A stretch of 57,651 bases of DNA, from positions 1-57,651 of the forward strand of contig CALCDB010000017.1 of NCBI GenBank assembly GCA_937901395.1, given 5' to 3'. Positions 49,603 through 57,651 of this stretch are shown here, piece after piece. This DNA is from an uncultured Verrucomicrobiota bacterium. Its GTDB lineage: Bacteria > Verrucomicrobiota > Kiritimatiellia > RFP12 > UBA1067. Both the position numbers and the translations under genes were made by a program. The notes beneath the pieces were generated by a model that did not search any database, had not been told where the DNA came from, and was given only the letters and a program-made list of their open reading frames with translations. Position 1 is the stretch's first letter. The number at the start of each line of letters is the position of its first letter.

Positions 49603-50696
49603 AGCGATACAAGCGCATCATATACACGATATTGATTTTTCTACCGGCGACCTTAATTACCGCGGTTGGCGCCTATTTGGTATTCACTTTCGTTCCGTCC
49701 GCGATAAAGAACGCGCCACGAAGGATAAGTTTGGAGTATCGTACATACGCCGAGAATTTGGCGGAGAATCCCGCGGCGGCCACATATATCGGCGAGCGCA
49801 AGCGGGGATGGCGGCAGATTGGCAAGATTGATGGACATTCTTGGGGAATCGACAAGGATGATGGCAACAAGTTGGCAGTGGTTTGGCTCAAGATGGCGGA
49901 TGATGAGTATCGGGCAATTGAGACGACGCGACTGAAGGCGTTTCCATACGAGATCGTATTCTACGGCGGGGGATTACTGGTAGCAATAATACTCTTTTGG
50001 CTGTCGGCGATAGCGGCAGAATATTTTCATAAGTTCATACGTGAGCGCGATGATTTTCTCGCGGCGGTAGCGCATGATTTGACGACGCCACTATTGGGGA
50101 TGCGGCTTATCATTGGCAGGGATGAAATGGAGGCGAAACGACTCACGGAGCGCATGTTGGTAATCGTGAATAATCTCAAGGAATTCCTAAGGTTAGATGG
50201 TCAGAAGGCGAAGCCAAAGCGCGAGCGCATCGATCTCGAGGCATTGGCGCACGAAGCATATACGCTTTTTTCGGCAGATTACGAGGCGGAGGAATGCGGG
50301 GCGGTGGAATTCGACAATTCGGAATTGGGAGGAAAGGCACTCATGGCATTGGGGGACGAGGGAATGACGCTACAGATTCTCTGGAATCTATTTGGCAACG
50401 ATCTAAAGTACGCAGCGCCATTTGGCAAGGTGAGGGTAAAGTTTTTGGCGGCGGAGAAGGGGATGGTTGGCGTGGAGTTCATAGACGATGGGCCAGGAAT
50501 GAGCTTATTGGCGCGTCATCGGGCATTTGATCGATACTATCGGGCGCAGACTGTACTGGCATCCGGCAAAGGCGGTTTCGGCATCGGGTTATGCAACGCG
50601 CGTGAACATGCAATCGCAATGGGAGGGATGCTTTCGTTGCGAAAGAATCGTCCCCATGGTTGTGTATTTACCTTGAAGTTGCCAATCGCTTCGTGA
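49599..50696 (+). CDS. sensor histidine kinase (orphan)
   Basis: The start is moved to ATG 49599 (ATGA overlap with the upstream stop; MKRYKRIIYTIL.. TM helix). H-box FLAAVAHDLTTPL, N-box LFGNDLKY, G-boxes DDGPGM and GGFGIGL. Confidence 0.8.
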   Translation: MKRYKRIIYTILIFLPATLITAVGAYLVFTFVPSAIKNAPRRISLEYRTYAENLAENPAAATYIGERKRGWRQIGKIDGHSWGIDKDDGNKLAVVWLKMADDEYRAIETTRLKAFPYEIVFYGGGLLVAIILFWLSAIAAEYFHKFIRERDDFLAAVAHDLTTPLLGMRLIIGRDEMEAKRLTERMLVIVNNLKEFLRLDGQKAKPKRERIDLEALAHEAYTLFSADYEAEECGAVEFDNSELGGKALMALGDEGMTLQILWNLFGNDLKYAAPFGKVRVKFLAAEKGMVGVEFIDDGPGMSLLARHRAFDRYYRAQTVLASGKGGFGIGLCNAREHAIAMGGMLSLRKNRPHGCVFTLKLPIAS

Positions 50697-50699
50697 GAA

Positions 50700-51002
50700 T
50701 CAATGGCCGGCGTGGTCGTTGGTCTTCTCGGGGAAAACTACCTTGACGCCCGCTTCATCAAGCGCATATCGAATATTCGATTGGGCGGTCTTCATAGAAT
50801 CGTAGCTAAGGGTAAGGGTGCGCTTGGCGAGATCGAAGCAAAGGGAATTCGTGTTAACCCCATTGCAATGAGTGACGATCTCAATGATCTTAGGCTGGAG
50901 GGCTTCGTTGAGATCCGGTAATTGAACGGACATTTCGCGAATGTCGCTTTGGCGGCAACCGATCAGCATCATCAAGGATAGGGAAAAGAATAGTTTTTTC
51001 AT
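50700..51002 (-). CDS. small lipoprotein, ferredoxin-like/HMA-like fold without CxxC (tentative)
   Basis: MKKLFFSLSLMMLIGC lipobox. The start is taken at the internal ATG 51002, just downstream of the nifS stop. Confidence 0.5.
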   Translation of the reverse strand: MKKLFFSLSLMMLIGCRQSDIREMSVQLPDLNEALQPKIIEIVTHCNGVNTNSLCFDLAKRTLTLSYDSMKTAQSNIRYALDEAGVKVVFPEKTNDHAGH

Positions 51003-51006
51003 AAGC

Positions 51007-52182
51007 TTATTTGAAGGTAGTGACATTTGAGTTAGGTCCGAAAGGAGAGAGCGCACGAAGATTCTTTATTATTGGAGGCAGCTTCTCAAGTACGTAGTCG
51101 ATATCCGCCATCGTATTGTAGCGAGAGAGGGAGAAGCGGATGGAGCCGTGAATTGCGGTGAAGGGAACGCCCATCGCGCGAATCACGTGGCTGGGGTCGA
51201 GCGAGCCGCTCGCGCAAGCGGAGCCAGTGGAGATGCAAATGCCAATATCCGAAAGATGATAAGCGATGGCTTCGCCTTCAATATATTCAAACGACACATT
51301 AAGGGTATTGGGCAAGCGAGAGGTCTTATCGCCATTCACGCGAACATTTGGGCAGGTGGCGAGGATGCCAGATTCCAATTTATCCCTAAGAGCGGCGAGC
51401 TGTACCTGTTCTGCGTTCATCCCGAGGCGAGCCAATTCGCAAGCTTTGGCGAGTCCGACGATATAGGGCACGTTTTCCGTTCCAGCGCGGCGAGAATGTT
51501 CTTGATGTCCGCCAAGCATGAATGGCTTAAGTTTGGTTCCCTTGCGCACATAGAAGATACCGACGCCCTTAGGCGCATGGAATTTATGGCCTGACATCGA
51601 AAGCATATCGACGGGAACTTTTTTTACATCCACTGGAATCTTACCGGCAACTTGTACCGCATCGGTATGGAGAATTGCGCCAGCTTCCTTGCAAAGCTCG
51701 GCAATCTTATCAATGGGGAAGATAACGCCAGTTTCATTATTCGCCCACATGATACTGACCAAAGAGCCGGGCTTCAACTCGCGGCGTAATTGATCGAGAT
51801 CGAGGCGGCCGAGAGAATCGACAGGCAGTTCGACGACTTCATGGCCAAGCGCTTTGAGACGGCGACAGGGCTGTAGCACGGCGGGGTGCTCGACGGCGCT
51901 GGTAATTACCTTAAGGTCTTTGCCATAATATTCGGCGGTTCCGCGAATTGCGGCGTTATCGGATTCGGTGGCGCAAGAAGTGAAGATGATTTCGTCGCTT
52001 TCGGCGTTAATGAAACGTGCGACTTCTTCGCGCGCCTTGTCGATGTATTTTGCGATTTCACCGCCAAAGGCGTGCATGGAACTGGGGTTGCCGTATAATT
52101 CGCCGAAAAACGGAAGCATGGCTTCGCGAACTTCAGGGGCAATCCGAGTCGTGGCATTGTTATCAAGATATACTGTTTTCAT
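51007..52182 (-). CDS. nifS: cysteine desulfurase, NifS/IscS class
   Basis: MKTVYLDNNATTRIAPEV..YGNPSSMH, PLP-lysine region SMSGHKFHAPKG, and the active-site loop STGSACASG. The ORF-track start at 52239 lies upstream of the -10 box. Confidence 0.9.
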   Translation of the reverse strand: MKTVYLDNNATTRIAPEVREAMLPFFGELYGNPSSMHAFGGEIAKYIDKAREEVARFINAESDEIIFTSCATESDNAAIRGTAEYYGKDLKVITSAVEHPAVLQPCRRLKALGHEVVELPVDSLGRLDLDQLRRELKPGSLVSIMWANNETGVIFPIDKIAELCKEAGAILHTDAVQVAGKIPVDVKKVPVDMLSMSGHKFHAPKGVGIFYVRKGTKLKPFMLGGHQEHSRRAGTENVPYIVGLAKACELARLGMNAEQVQLAALRDKLESGILATCPNVRVNGDKTSRLPNTLNVSFEYIEGEAIAYHLSDIGICISTGSACASGSLDPSHVIRAMGVPFTAIHGSIRFSLSRYNTMADIDYVLEKLPPIIKNLRALSPFGPNSNVTTFK

Positions 52183-52194
52183 AATGTAAGCGAT

Positions 52195-52203
52195 ATTATA
52201 CCA
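52195..52203 (-). promoter_or_regulatory. extended -10 element TGGTATAAT for nifS
   Basis: Reverse complement of 52195-52203 is TGGTATAAT, 12 nt before ATG 52182. It sits back-to-back with the dnaE promoter. Confidence 0.5.
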
Positions 52204-52209
52204 CAAATT

Positions 52210-52218
52210 TGATATAAT
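52210..52218 (+). promoter_or_regulatory. extended -10 element TGATATAAT for dnaE
   Basis: Lies 7 nt before ATG 52226. Confidence 0.55.
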
Positions 52219-52225
52219 ATCCGCA

Positions 52226-55200
52226 ATGTCTGAATTCATTCATCTTCATTTGCATACGACATACTCATTGCTCGATGGGCAATGTCAGATCGTGCCATTG
52301 ATAGCGAAGGCGAAGAAAATGGGGATGAATGCGGTTGCGGTAACCGACCATGGCAATCTTTTTGCGCTCAAGGGGTTCTATGACGAATGTCGCGCCAAGG
52401 GGATCAAGCCGATTCTCGGGGTCGAGGCGTACGTGACCTCAAGCGGCGATTATCGTAGCCGCGATAAGAATGAGCGGCGGCATCACCTTTGCCTGCATGC
52501 GAAGAACTTGACGGGGTATCATAATTTGGTGAAGCTCATTTCGGAAGCGCATATCAATGGGTTTTATCACAATGCGCGTATTGATCACGCGTTATTGGAG
52601 AAGTATCATGAGGGCTTGCACTGTTCTTCGGCTTGCATTTACGGCGAAGTAGCATACTATCTTGACGATGACTTGGAGTCAGGGGGGAATGATCCGGCGA
52701 AAGCGGAGGAGATAGCGAGGTGGTATCACAATTTATTTGGCGATGATTATTCATTGGAAGTAATGTTGCATCCATCTGGCAAGGGCGAGGGGGTATCTTC
52801 GATACCGGCGAAGGAGCCGATACCAGTGGAAGCGATAGCCGGTTTTCGTAGCCTGTATCAACGCCAGAAGCGCATTACCGAAAAGATGATTGCGCTTGGC
52901 AAGAAACTTGGGATACGGGTAATTGCAACGAACGACGTGCATTTTCTGGAAAAGGAAGATGATGATTCGCATGATGTATTATTAGCGCTTTCGACGGGCA
53001 AGAAGATGTCAGAATCGGGGCGCATGATCTATACGGGGCAGGAATATTTCAAGTCGGAAGAGGAGATGCTGGAATTATTCAAGGAATATCCAGAAGTAGT
53101 CGCGGCAACGAAGGAAGTAGCGGATAGGGTCGAGGAATACGAGCTTAATTCCGATCCGATTATGCCGAAGTTTCCGATTCCCGAAAGCTTTGGCACGGAG
53201 GCGCAATATGCCGAACGTTACGACGAGGCGGCGTTAAGAAAAGAGTTCAACACCGAGGAAAAGCCGAAGAACTTCGAGCGTCTGGGGGGCTATGACAAGG
53301 TCTTGCGAATCAAGTTCGAGGCGGATTATCTATCGGCGTTAGTTTACGAGGGAGCCAAGCGCAGATGGGGCGAACCGCTGGATAGCGATATCAGGGAACG
53401 AATAGATTTTGAATTGAATGTAATCAAGACGATGGGTTTTCCTGGGTACTTTCTTATCGTCAACGATTATATTTCGAATGCGCGCAAAATGGGAGTATGG
53501 GTAGGACCGGGGCGTGGTTCGGCGGCTGGCGCGGCGGTAGCTTATGCGCTTGGTATAACCAATGTGGATCCGCTAAAATATGATTTGCTATTTGAACGCT
53601 TCCTCAACCCCGATCGAATTTCGATGCCAGATATCGATGTCGATTTTGATGATGCCGGACGCGCCAAGGTGTTTGATTTCATAACCGCCAAATATGGTCA
53701 AGATCATGTAGCGCATATCGTTACCTTTGGTCAGATGGCCGCGAAGAGCGTAATCAAGGATGTGGGGCGGGTAATGGGGTATAAACTGGCAGATACGAAC
53801 AAGTTGGTTTCGTATGTTCCCGATACTCCAAAGATAACCTTCAACAAGGCGATTGAGGTGTCGCCAGAATTAAAGGCGGCCTTTGAATCGAAAGATCCAG
53901 TAATCCACCTTCTGATGCAACGCGCGAAGCGACTTGAGGGGGGAATGCGTCAACCAGGAGTGCACGCTTGCGGAGTGATTATTTCGCGAGATCCGTTAAT
54001 TGACACCTTGCCGGTAATGCCGACGGAAGGCGAGTCATTAATGACTACGCAATATGATGGACATTTCGTGGAGCCGGTTGGGCTGCTCAAGATGGATTTC
54101 TTAGGGCTTAAGACGCTCACGGTGGAAAAGGAATGCGTGGAACTATTGGGGGCGAACAATCCGCGAGTTCCGAAAGAGCTTTGGGGCAAGGACGGAAAGT
54201 TGGACCCAGATAAGATACCTGATGACGATCGCGAAACCTACGAGTTATTCGGACGAGGCGAGACGACGGGACTATTTCAATTTGAATCTGACGGGATGAA
54301 GAAATGGTTGATCGCCTTGCAGCCGGAGAAGCTTACGGATTTGGTGGCGATGAACGCATTGTATCGTCCGGGACCGATGGATTATATTCCAACCTTCGTT
54401 CGGCGTAAGCAAGGCGAGGAGCCGATTAAATACGATCATCCTTTGATGGAGCGGTATTTGAAGGATACGTATGGCGTATGCGTATATCAAGAGCAGGTGA
54501 TGTTGCTTTCGCGATTATTGGGAGGATTCACGCGCGGGATGTCGGATGCGCTTCGCAAGGCGATGGGCAAGAAGAAGCTTGATGTAATGGAGGCGCTGAA
54601 GGTTAAGTTCATAGACGGGTGTTTGGCGAACAAGGAATTCAGGGTAGACAAGTGGGCCGATGAAGCGGAAGCGCGTGCGTTAATCGATAAGATATGGAAT
54701 GATTGGCGGGCATTCGCATCGTATGCGTTTAACAAGTCGCATGCAGTGTGCTACGCGTGGATAGCATATCAGACGGGATACTTAAAGGCGCACTATCCAT
54801 CGGAGTTCATGTGTGCGCAAATCAGTTCGGAAATTGGCAACTTCGATAAGCTACCCGGGTTCGTTGCTGAAGCGCAGGAGATGGGCTTAAAGTTGATGTT
54901 GCCAGAAGTAAATGAATCGGGTTCACGATTCGTTCCAACGAAAGATTCGAAGGGTATCCGTTATGGGCTTTCTGGCATCAAGGGCGTTGGGAATGCGGGC
55001 GAGATAATCGTTGCGGAGCGCAAGAAGAATGGTCCATACGCGGGATTTCTTGATTTTTGCATGCGGTTAGCGGGCACGCAGGCGGCGAACAAGCGAGTAT
55101 TGGAGAATCTGACGCGCACGGGAGCATTTAGTTCCCTTGAGCCCAATCGTGCATTGCTTTTCAACAATATAGAATTTGCCTTACGCAAGGCGCAGCAACG

Positions 55201-56134
55201 CGCGAAGGAGCGGCAAAGCAATCAGGCGAATTTCTTCGATTTGATGGGAGGCGATGAGAAGCCCTCCGATTCGGAACTTGTAAAATCGCCACCATTCGCG
55301 CCGACGGAAGACCTTAAGCACGAACGAGATTTTCTCGGGGTTTACATTTCTGGGAATCCGCTGCAAAGTTGCAGCAGGGTAATTTCGGAGGTAGCTACTT
55401 TTCGAGCATCGCAACTTGGTGATGTGGCGGTAGTCGACGCGCTATTGAAGGCGCAGCCAGTTGACGAGTGGAAGAAGAAGGGGAATCCGCATCTCAAGGA
55501 TCATCGAGGGTTGACGCATCTTGATGTGCGGATGGTTGGCATTTTAAGCGCATGCACGATAAAGGTAGGCAAGGCAAGAGCGAATGGCGCGCCTGGACAG
55601 AAGTGGGCGATTTTGCAATTGGACGATGGATCTACGATAGATGCGTTTTGCTTTGCGAAGGCCTGGGAAAAGTATGGAGAGGGAATTGAATCTTCGGTTG
55701 ACAAGTTGGTGTTGCTTTGCGGAGAGGTATCGCATAGGGTTGATTACGAGAAGGACGATAAGATAACGAAGCTGAATCCAAGCGTAGGCGATCTCAACTT
55801 CACCGTTCGCGAGGCGTATCCGTTGGATGTGGCGATGATGAAGCTTTCCAAGGGCGTGTACATAAGAATGCAATACGTAGACCCAGAGATTAAGGCGAAG
55901 GTCGACAACATTCGTGAGATCGCGACGCATAATTCGGGGTCGATGCCGATTTACATAGAATTGCATTATCCCAACGGCAAAGTCCTAGATGTGGATTTGG
56001 GGCCTAAGTTTCATGTTAGCTGTTCAATTGGTTTTATCGCAGAGCTTGGCAAGATCGTAGCGCAAAATGAGATATCGTTTCGTCCAAGTTCGACGATATA
56101 TCTAAATCCACCAGAACCTTACTTCAAGCATTAG
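52226..56134 (+). CDS. dnaE: DNA polymerase III alpha subunit
   Basis: PHP domain IHLHLHTTYSLLDG. Also GFPGYFLIV, GPGRGSAAGAAVAYALGIT and PDIDVDF, with a C-terminal OB-fold region. 1302 aa. Confidence 0.95.
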   Translation: MSEFIHLHLHTTYSLLDGQCQIVPLIAKAKKMGMNAVAVTDHGNLFALKGFYDECRAKGIKPILGVEAYVTSSGDYRSRDKNERRHHLCLHAKNLTGYHNLVKLISEAHINGFYHNARIDHALLEKYHEGLHCSSACIYGEVAYYLDDDLESGGNDPAKAEEIARWYHNLFGDDYSLEVMLHPSGKGEGVSSIPAKEPIPVEAIAGFRSLYQRQKRITEKMIALGKKLGIRVIATNDVHFLEKEDDDSHDVLLALSTGKKMSESGRMIYTGQEYFKSEEEMLELFKEYPEVVAATKEVADRVEEYELNSDPIMPKFPIPESFGTEAQYAERYDEAALRKEFNTEEKPKNFERLGGYDKVLRIKFEADYLSALVYEGAKRRWGEPLDSDIRERIDFELNVIKTMGFPGYFLIVNDYISNARKMGVWVGPGRGSAAGAAVAYALGITNVDPLKYDLLFERFLNPDRISMPDIDVDFDDAGRAKVFDFITAKYGQDHVAHIVTFGQMAAKSVIKDVGRVMGYKLADTNKLVSYVPDTPKITFNKAIEVSPELKAAFESKDPVIHLLMQRAKRLEGGMRQPGVHACGVIISRDPLIDTLPVMPTEGESLMTTQYDGHFVEPVGLLKMDFLGLKTLTVEKECVELLGANNPRVPKELWGKDGKLDPDKIPDDDRETYELFGRGETTGLFQFESDGMKKWLIALQPEKLTDLVAMNALYRPGPMDYIPTFVRRKQGEEPIKYDHPLMERYLKDTYGVCVYQEQVMLLSRLLGGFTRGMSDALRKAMGKKKLDVMEALKVKFIDGCLANKEFRVDKWADEAEARALIDKIWNDWRAFASYAFNKSHAVCYAWIAYQTGYLKAHYPSEFMCAQISSEIGNFDKLPGFVAEAQEMGLKLMLPEVNESGSRFVPTKDSKGIRYGLSGIKGVGNAGEIIVAERKKNGPYAGFLDFCMRLAGTQAANKRVLENLTRTGAFSSLEPNRALLFNNIEFALRKAQQRAKERQSNQANFFDLMGGDEKPSDSELVKSPPFAPTEDLKHERDFLGVYISGNPLQSCSRVISEVATFRASQLGDVAVVDALLKAQPVDEWKKKGNPHLKDHRGLTHLDVRMVGILSACTIKVGKARANGAPGQKWAILQLDDGSTIDAFCFAKAWEKYGEGIESSVDKLVLLCGEVSHRVDYEKDDKITKLNPSVGDLNFTVREAYPLDVAMMKLSKGVYIRMQYVDPEIKAKVDNIREIATHNSGSMPIYIELHYPNGKVLDVDLGPKFHVSCSIGFIAELGKIVAQNEISFRPSSTIYLNPPEPYFKH

Positions 56135-56141
56135 TCATTTA

Positions 56142-56150
56142 TGATATAAT
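56142..56150 (+). promoter_or_regulatory. extended -10 element TGATATAAT
   Basis: Lies 6 nt before ATG 56157. Confidence 0.55.
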
Positions 56151-56156
56151 ATTGGC

Positions 56157-57014
56157 ATGGAAATATCTTCACCCAGTAATCCAAAACTTAAATACGTAGT
56201 TCGCCTACGTAATTGTTCCGCTCGCGAAGAATCGGGGGAGATGATAGTCGAGGGGTATCGTGAATGTCGGAGAGCGCTCGATAATAAATACAAGCCGCGA
56301 GCCATCTTTCATTGTCCGGAACTTTATTTGAAGAATGAGAATGAGCCAGAATTAGTTGAAGAATGCAGGAGGATCGGGGCTGAGGTGTATACATGCTCAA
56401 AGGTCTGTTTTGAGAAGATCGCATATAAGGAGCGGCCAGACGGGTTGTTGATGATCGGTCCGCATATATCGATTACGTTGAAGGATTTGAAGTTGCCAGA
56501 AAATGCGTTGGTAATCGTGACGGAGGCGATTGAGAAACCGGGGAATTTGGGGACGATTCTGCGTTCTGCGGATGCGGGGAAAGTTGCGGCGGTAATAGTA
56601 TGCGATCGGACTACTGATATTCACAACCCCAATGTCGTTCGCGCATCCACTGGTACGATGTTTTCAGTTCCGATAGTGGAGGCGACGAGCGAAGAGGCAT
56701 TGGCGTATTTAAAGGCGCATGATTTTAAGATATTGGCGGCCACGCCACATGCGGAGAAGTTGCATTTTGAAGAGGATCTTACGGGGAATGTAGCGATAGC
56801 ATTGGGGGCAGAGCAATATGGGCTTACGGCGAAGTGGATGGATGGAGCGGAATTAAGAGTAAGAATTCCGATGTTAGGATTGGCAGATTCGCTTAACGTA
56901 TCGGCGGCGGCGACGATTTTGGTTTACGAGGCGGTTCGGCAACGAATCGCGAAGGGGATAGACAGTGTTCCAGGCTTCATTCCTTGGCATGGCGAGAGGA
57001 GGCATGATCACTAA
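56157..57014 (+). CDS. SpoU/TrmH-family RNA 2'-O-methyltransferase
   Basis: Motifs present: PGNLGTILRSA, AIALGAEQYGL, IPMLGLADSLNVSAAATILVYE. Confidence 0.85.
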   Translation: MEISSPSNPKLKYVVRLRNCSAREESGEMIVEGYRECRRALDNKYKPRAIFHCPELYLKNENEPELVEECRRIGAEVYTCSKVCFEKIAYKERPDGLLMIGPHISITLKDLKLPENALVIVTEAIEKPGNLGTILRSADAGKVAAVIVCDRTTDIHNPNVVRASTGTMFSVPIVEATSEEALAYLKAHDFKILAATPHAEKLHFEEDLTGNVAIALGAEQYGLTAKWMDGAELRVRIPMLGLADSLNVSAAATILVYEAVRQRIAKGIDSVPGFIPWHGERRHDH

Positions 57015-57651
57015 ATGAATTTTGCATATCCAGTAATGCTGATCTTTACGGCGTTAGTCCCCATCGTCGGATTGTGGTGGGCGTTTCTCAAGGCTCGTCG
57101 AGAGAAGGCGCTAACGCGAATAACATTCAATGTGCCAAAGACTTCGACGGCGGGTTTGCAGATGTGGCTGGTGATCATAGGTTTGGCGTTGACATTATTT
57201 GCGGCGGCGCGTCCACAATGGGGAAGGACGATGGAAAAGACGGCTGAGCGCAGTCGCAACGTGGTGGTGGCGATCGACGTGTCGCGTTCGATGCTGGCGC
57301 AGGATGTGCGGCCGAATCGGCTGGAACGGGCGAAGGCGGATGTTGCGGACCTCGTCGATTCGCTCGAAGGTGACCGCTGCGCGCTTGTCGCGTTCCGGCG
57401 AACGGGTGTGGTGATTTGTCCCCTTACGACGGATCATGCCTATCTCAGGAGCGCCTTGGAGCAGCTGACGCCCGAGAGCGCGCCGCGCGGCGAGACGGAT
57501 CTCGGAAGCGCGATCCGCGCATCGCTCGACGCGCTTGATCCGGCGGCGGACGACCATAATGCGATCATCCTCATCTCGGATGGCGGAGACCTGCGCGGCG
57601 AGGCGCTCGCAAACGCGGAGCTTGCGAAGAAGCGCGGCATACCGATCTTCA
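57015..57651 (+). CDS. VWA domain protein, BatA-like (3' end outside the window)
   Basis: ATG follows directly after the TAA at 57012-57014, and the ORF stays open to the window end. Two N-terminal TM helices, a MIDAS motif VVVAIDVSRSM, and IILISDGGD. Confidence 0.8.
   Translation, partial: MNFAYPVMLIFTALVPIVGLWWAFLKARREKALTRITFNVPKTSTAGLQMWLVIIGLALTLFAAARPQWGRTMEKTAERSRNVVVAIDVSRSMLAQDVRPNRLERAKADVADLVDSLEGDRCALVAFRRTGVVICPLTTDHAYLRSALEQLTPESAPRGETDLGSAIRASLDALDPAADDHNAIILISDGGDLRGEALANAELAKKRGIPIF

Overview
This is a 57.6-kb chromosomal segment from a diderm, LPS-making bacterium of moderate GC. The taxon cannot be fixed from the sequence alone. It holds about 50 genes, almost all on the + strand, plus one tRNA-Pro(UGG). 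Most are housekeeping: alr, sdaA, folK, a murU-amgK fusion, kdsB, azlCD, ligA, a glycosyltransferase/LPS block, a CPA2 antiporter, lptA-like, topA, xerC/D-type, infC, pssA, parB, a pilB/gspE-type ATPase, nifS, dnaE, trmH-like and batA-like. Two visibly AT-richer accessory islands interrupt this backbone. Island 1 (~7.97-13.45 kb) carries tandem repeats, a DnaB-N/DUF3987-type helicase, an iteron plus AT-rich origin-like region, a zinc-ribbon membrane protein, a lipoprotein and a Fic-wHTH protein, with no integrase. Island 2 (~39.97-46.29 kb) is one operon encoding a four-helix-bundle protein, a PD-(D/E)xK + DUF2075 ATPase, a five-zinc-ribbon Vsr-like nuclease, a zinc-ribbon membrane protein and a TM-anchored NERD nuclease. 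Island 2 is my best candidate for an undescribed defence-type system. The two islands share a ~45-bp promoter plus leaderless mini-ORF cassette and purine-rich GATTGG/GGTTGAAG border motifs. Across the window, nearly every transcription unit is headed by an extended -10 box TG(A/G)TATAAT only 6-9 nt before the start codon, which predicts leaderless mRNAs. Internal operon genes instead use AGGAGG-type SDs or ATGA/GTGA stop-start overlaps. All functional calls come from motif recognition by eye; no database search or computation was run.
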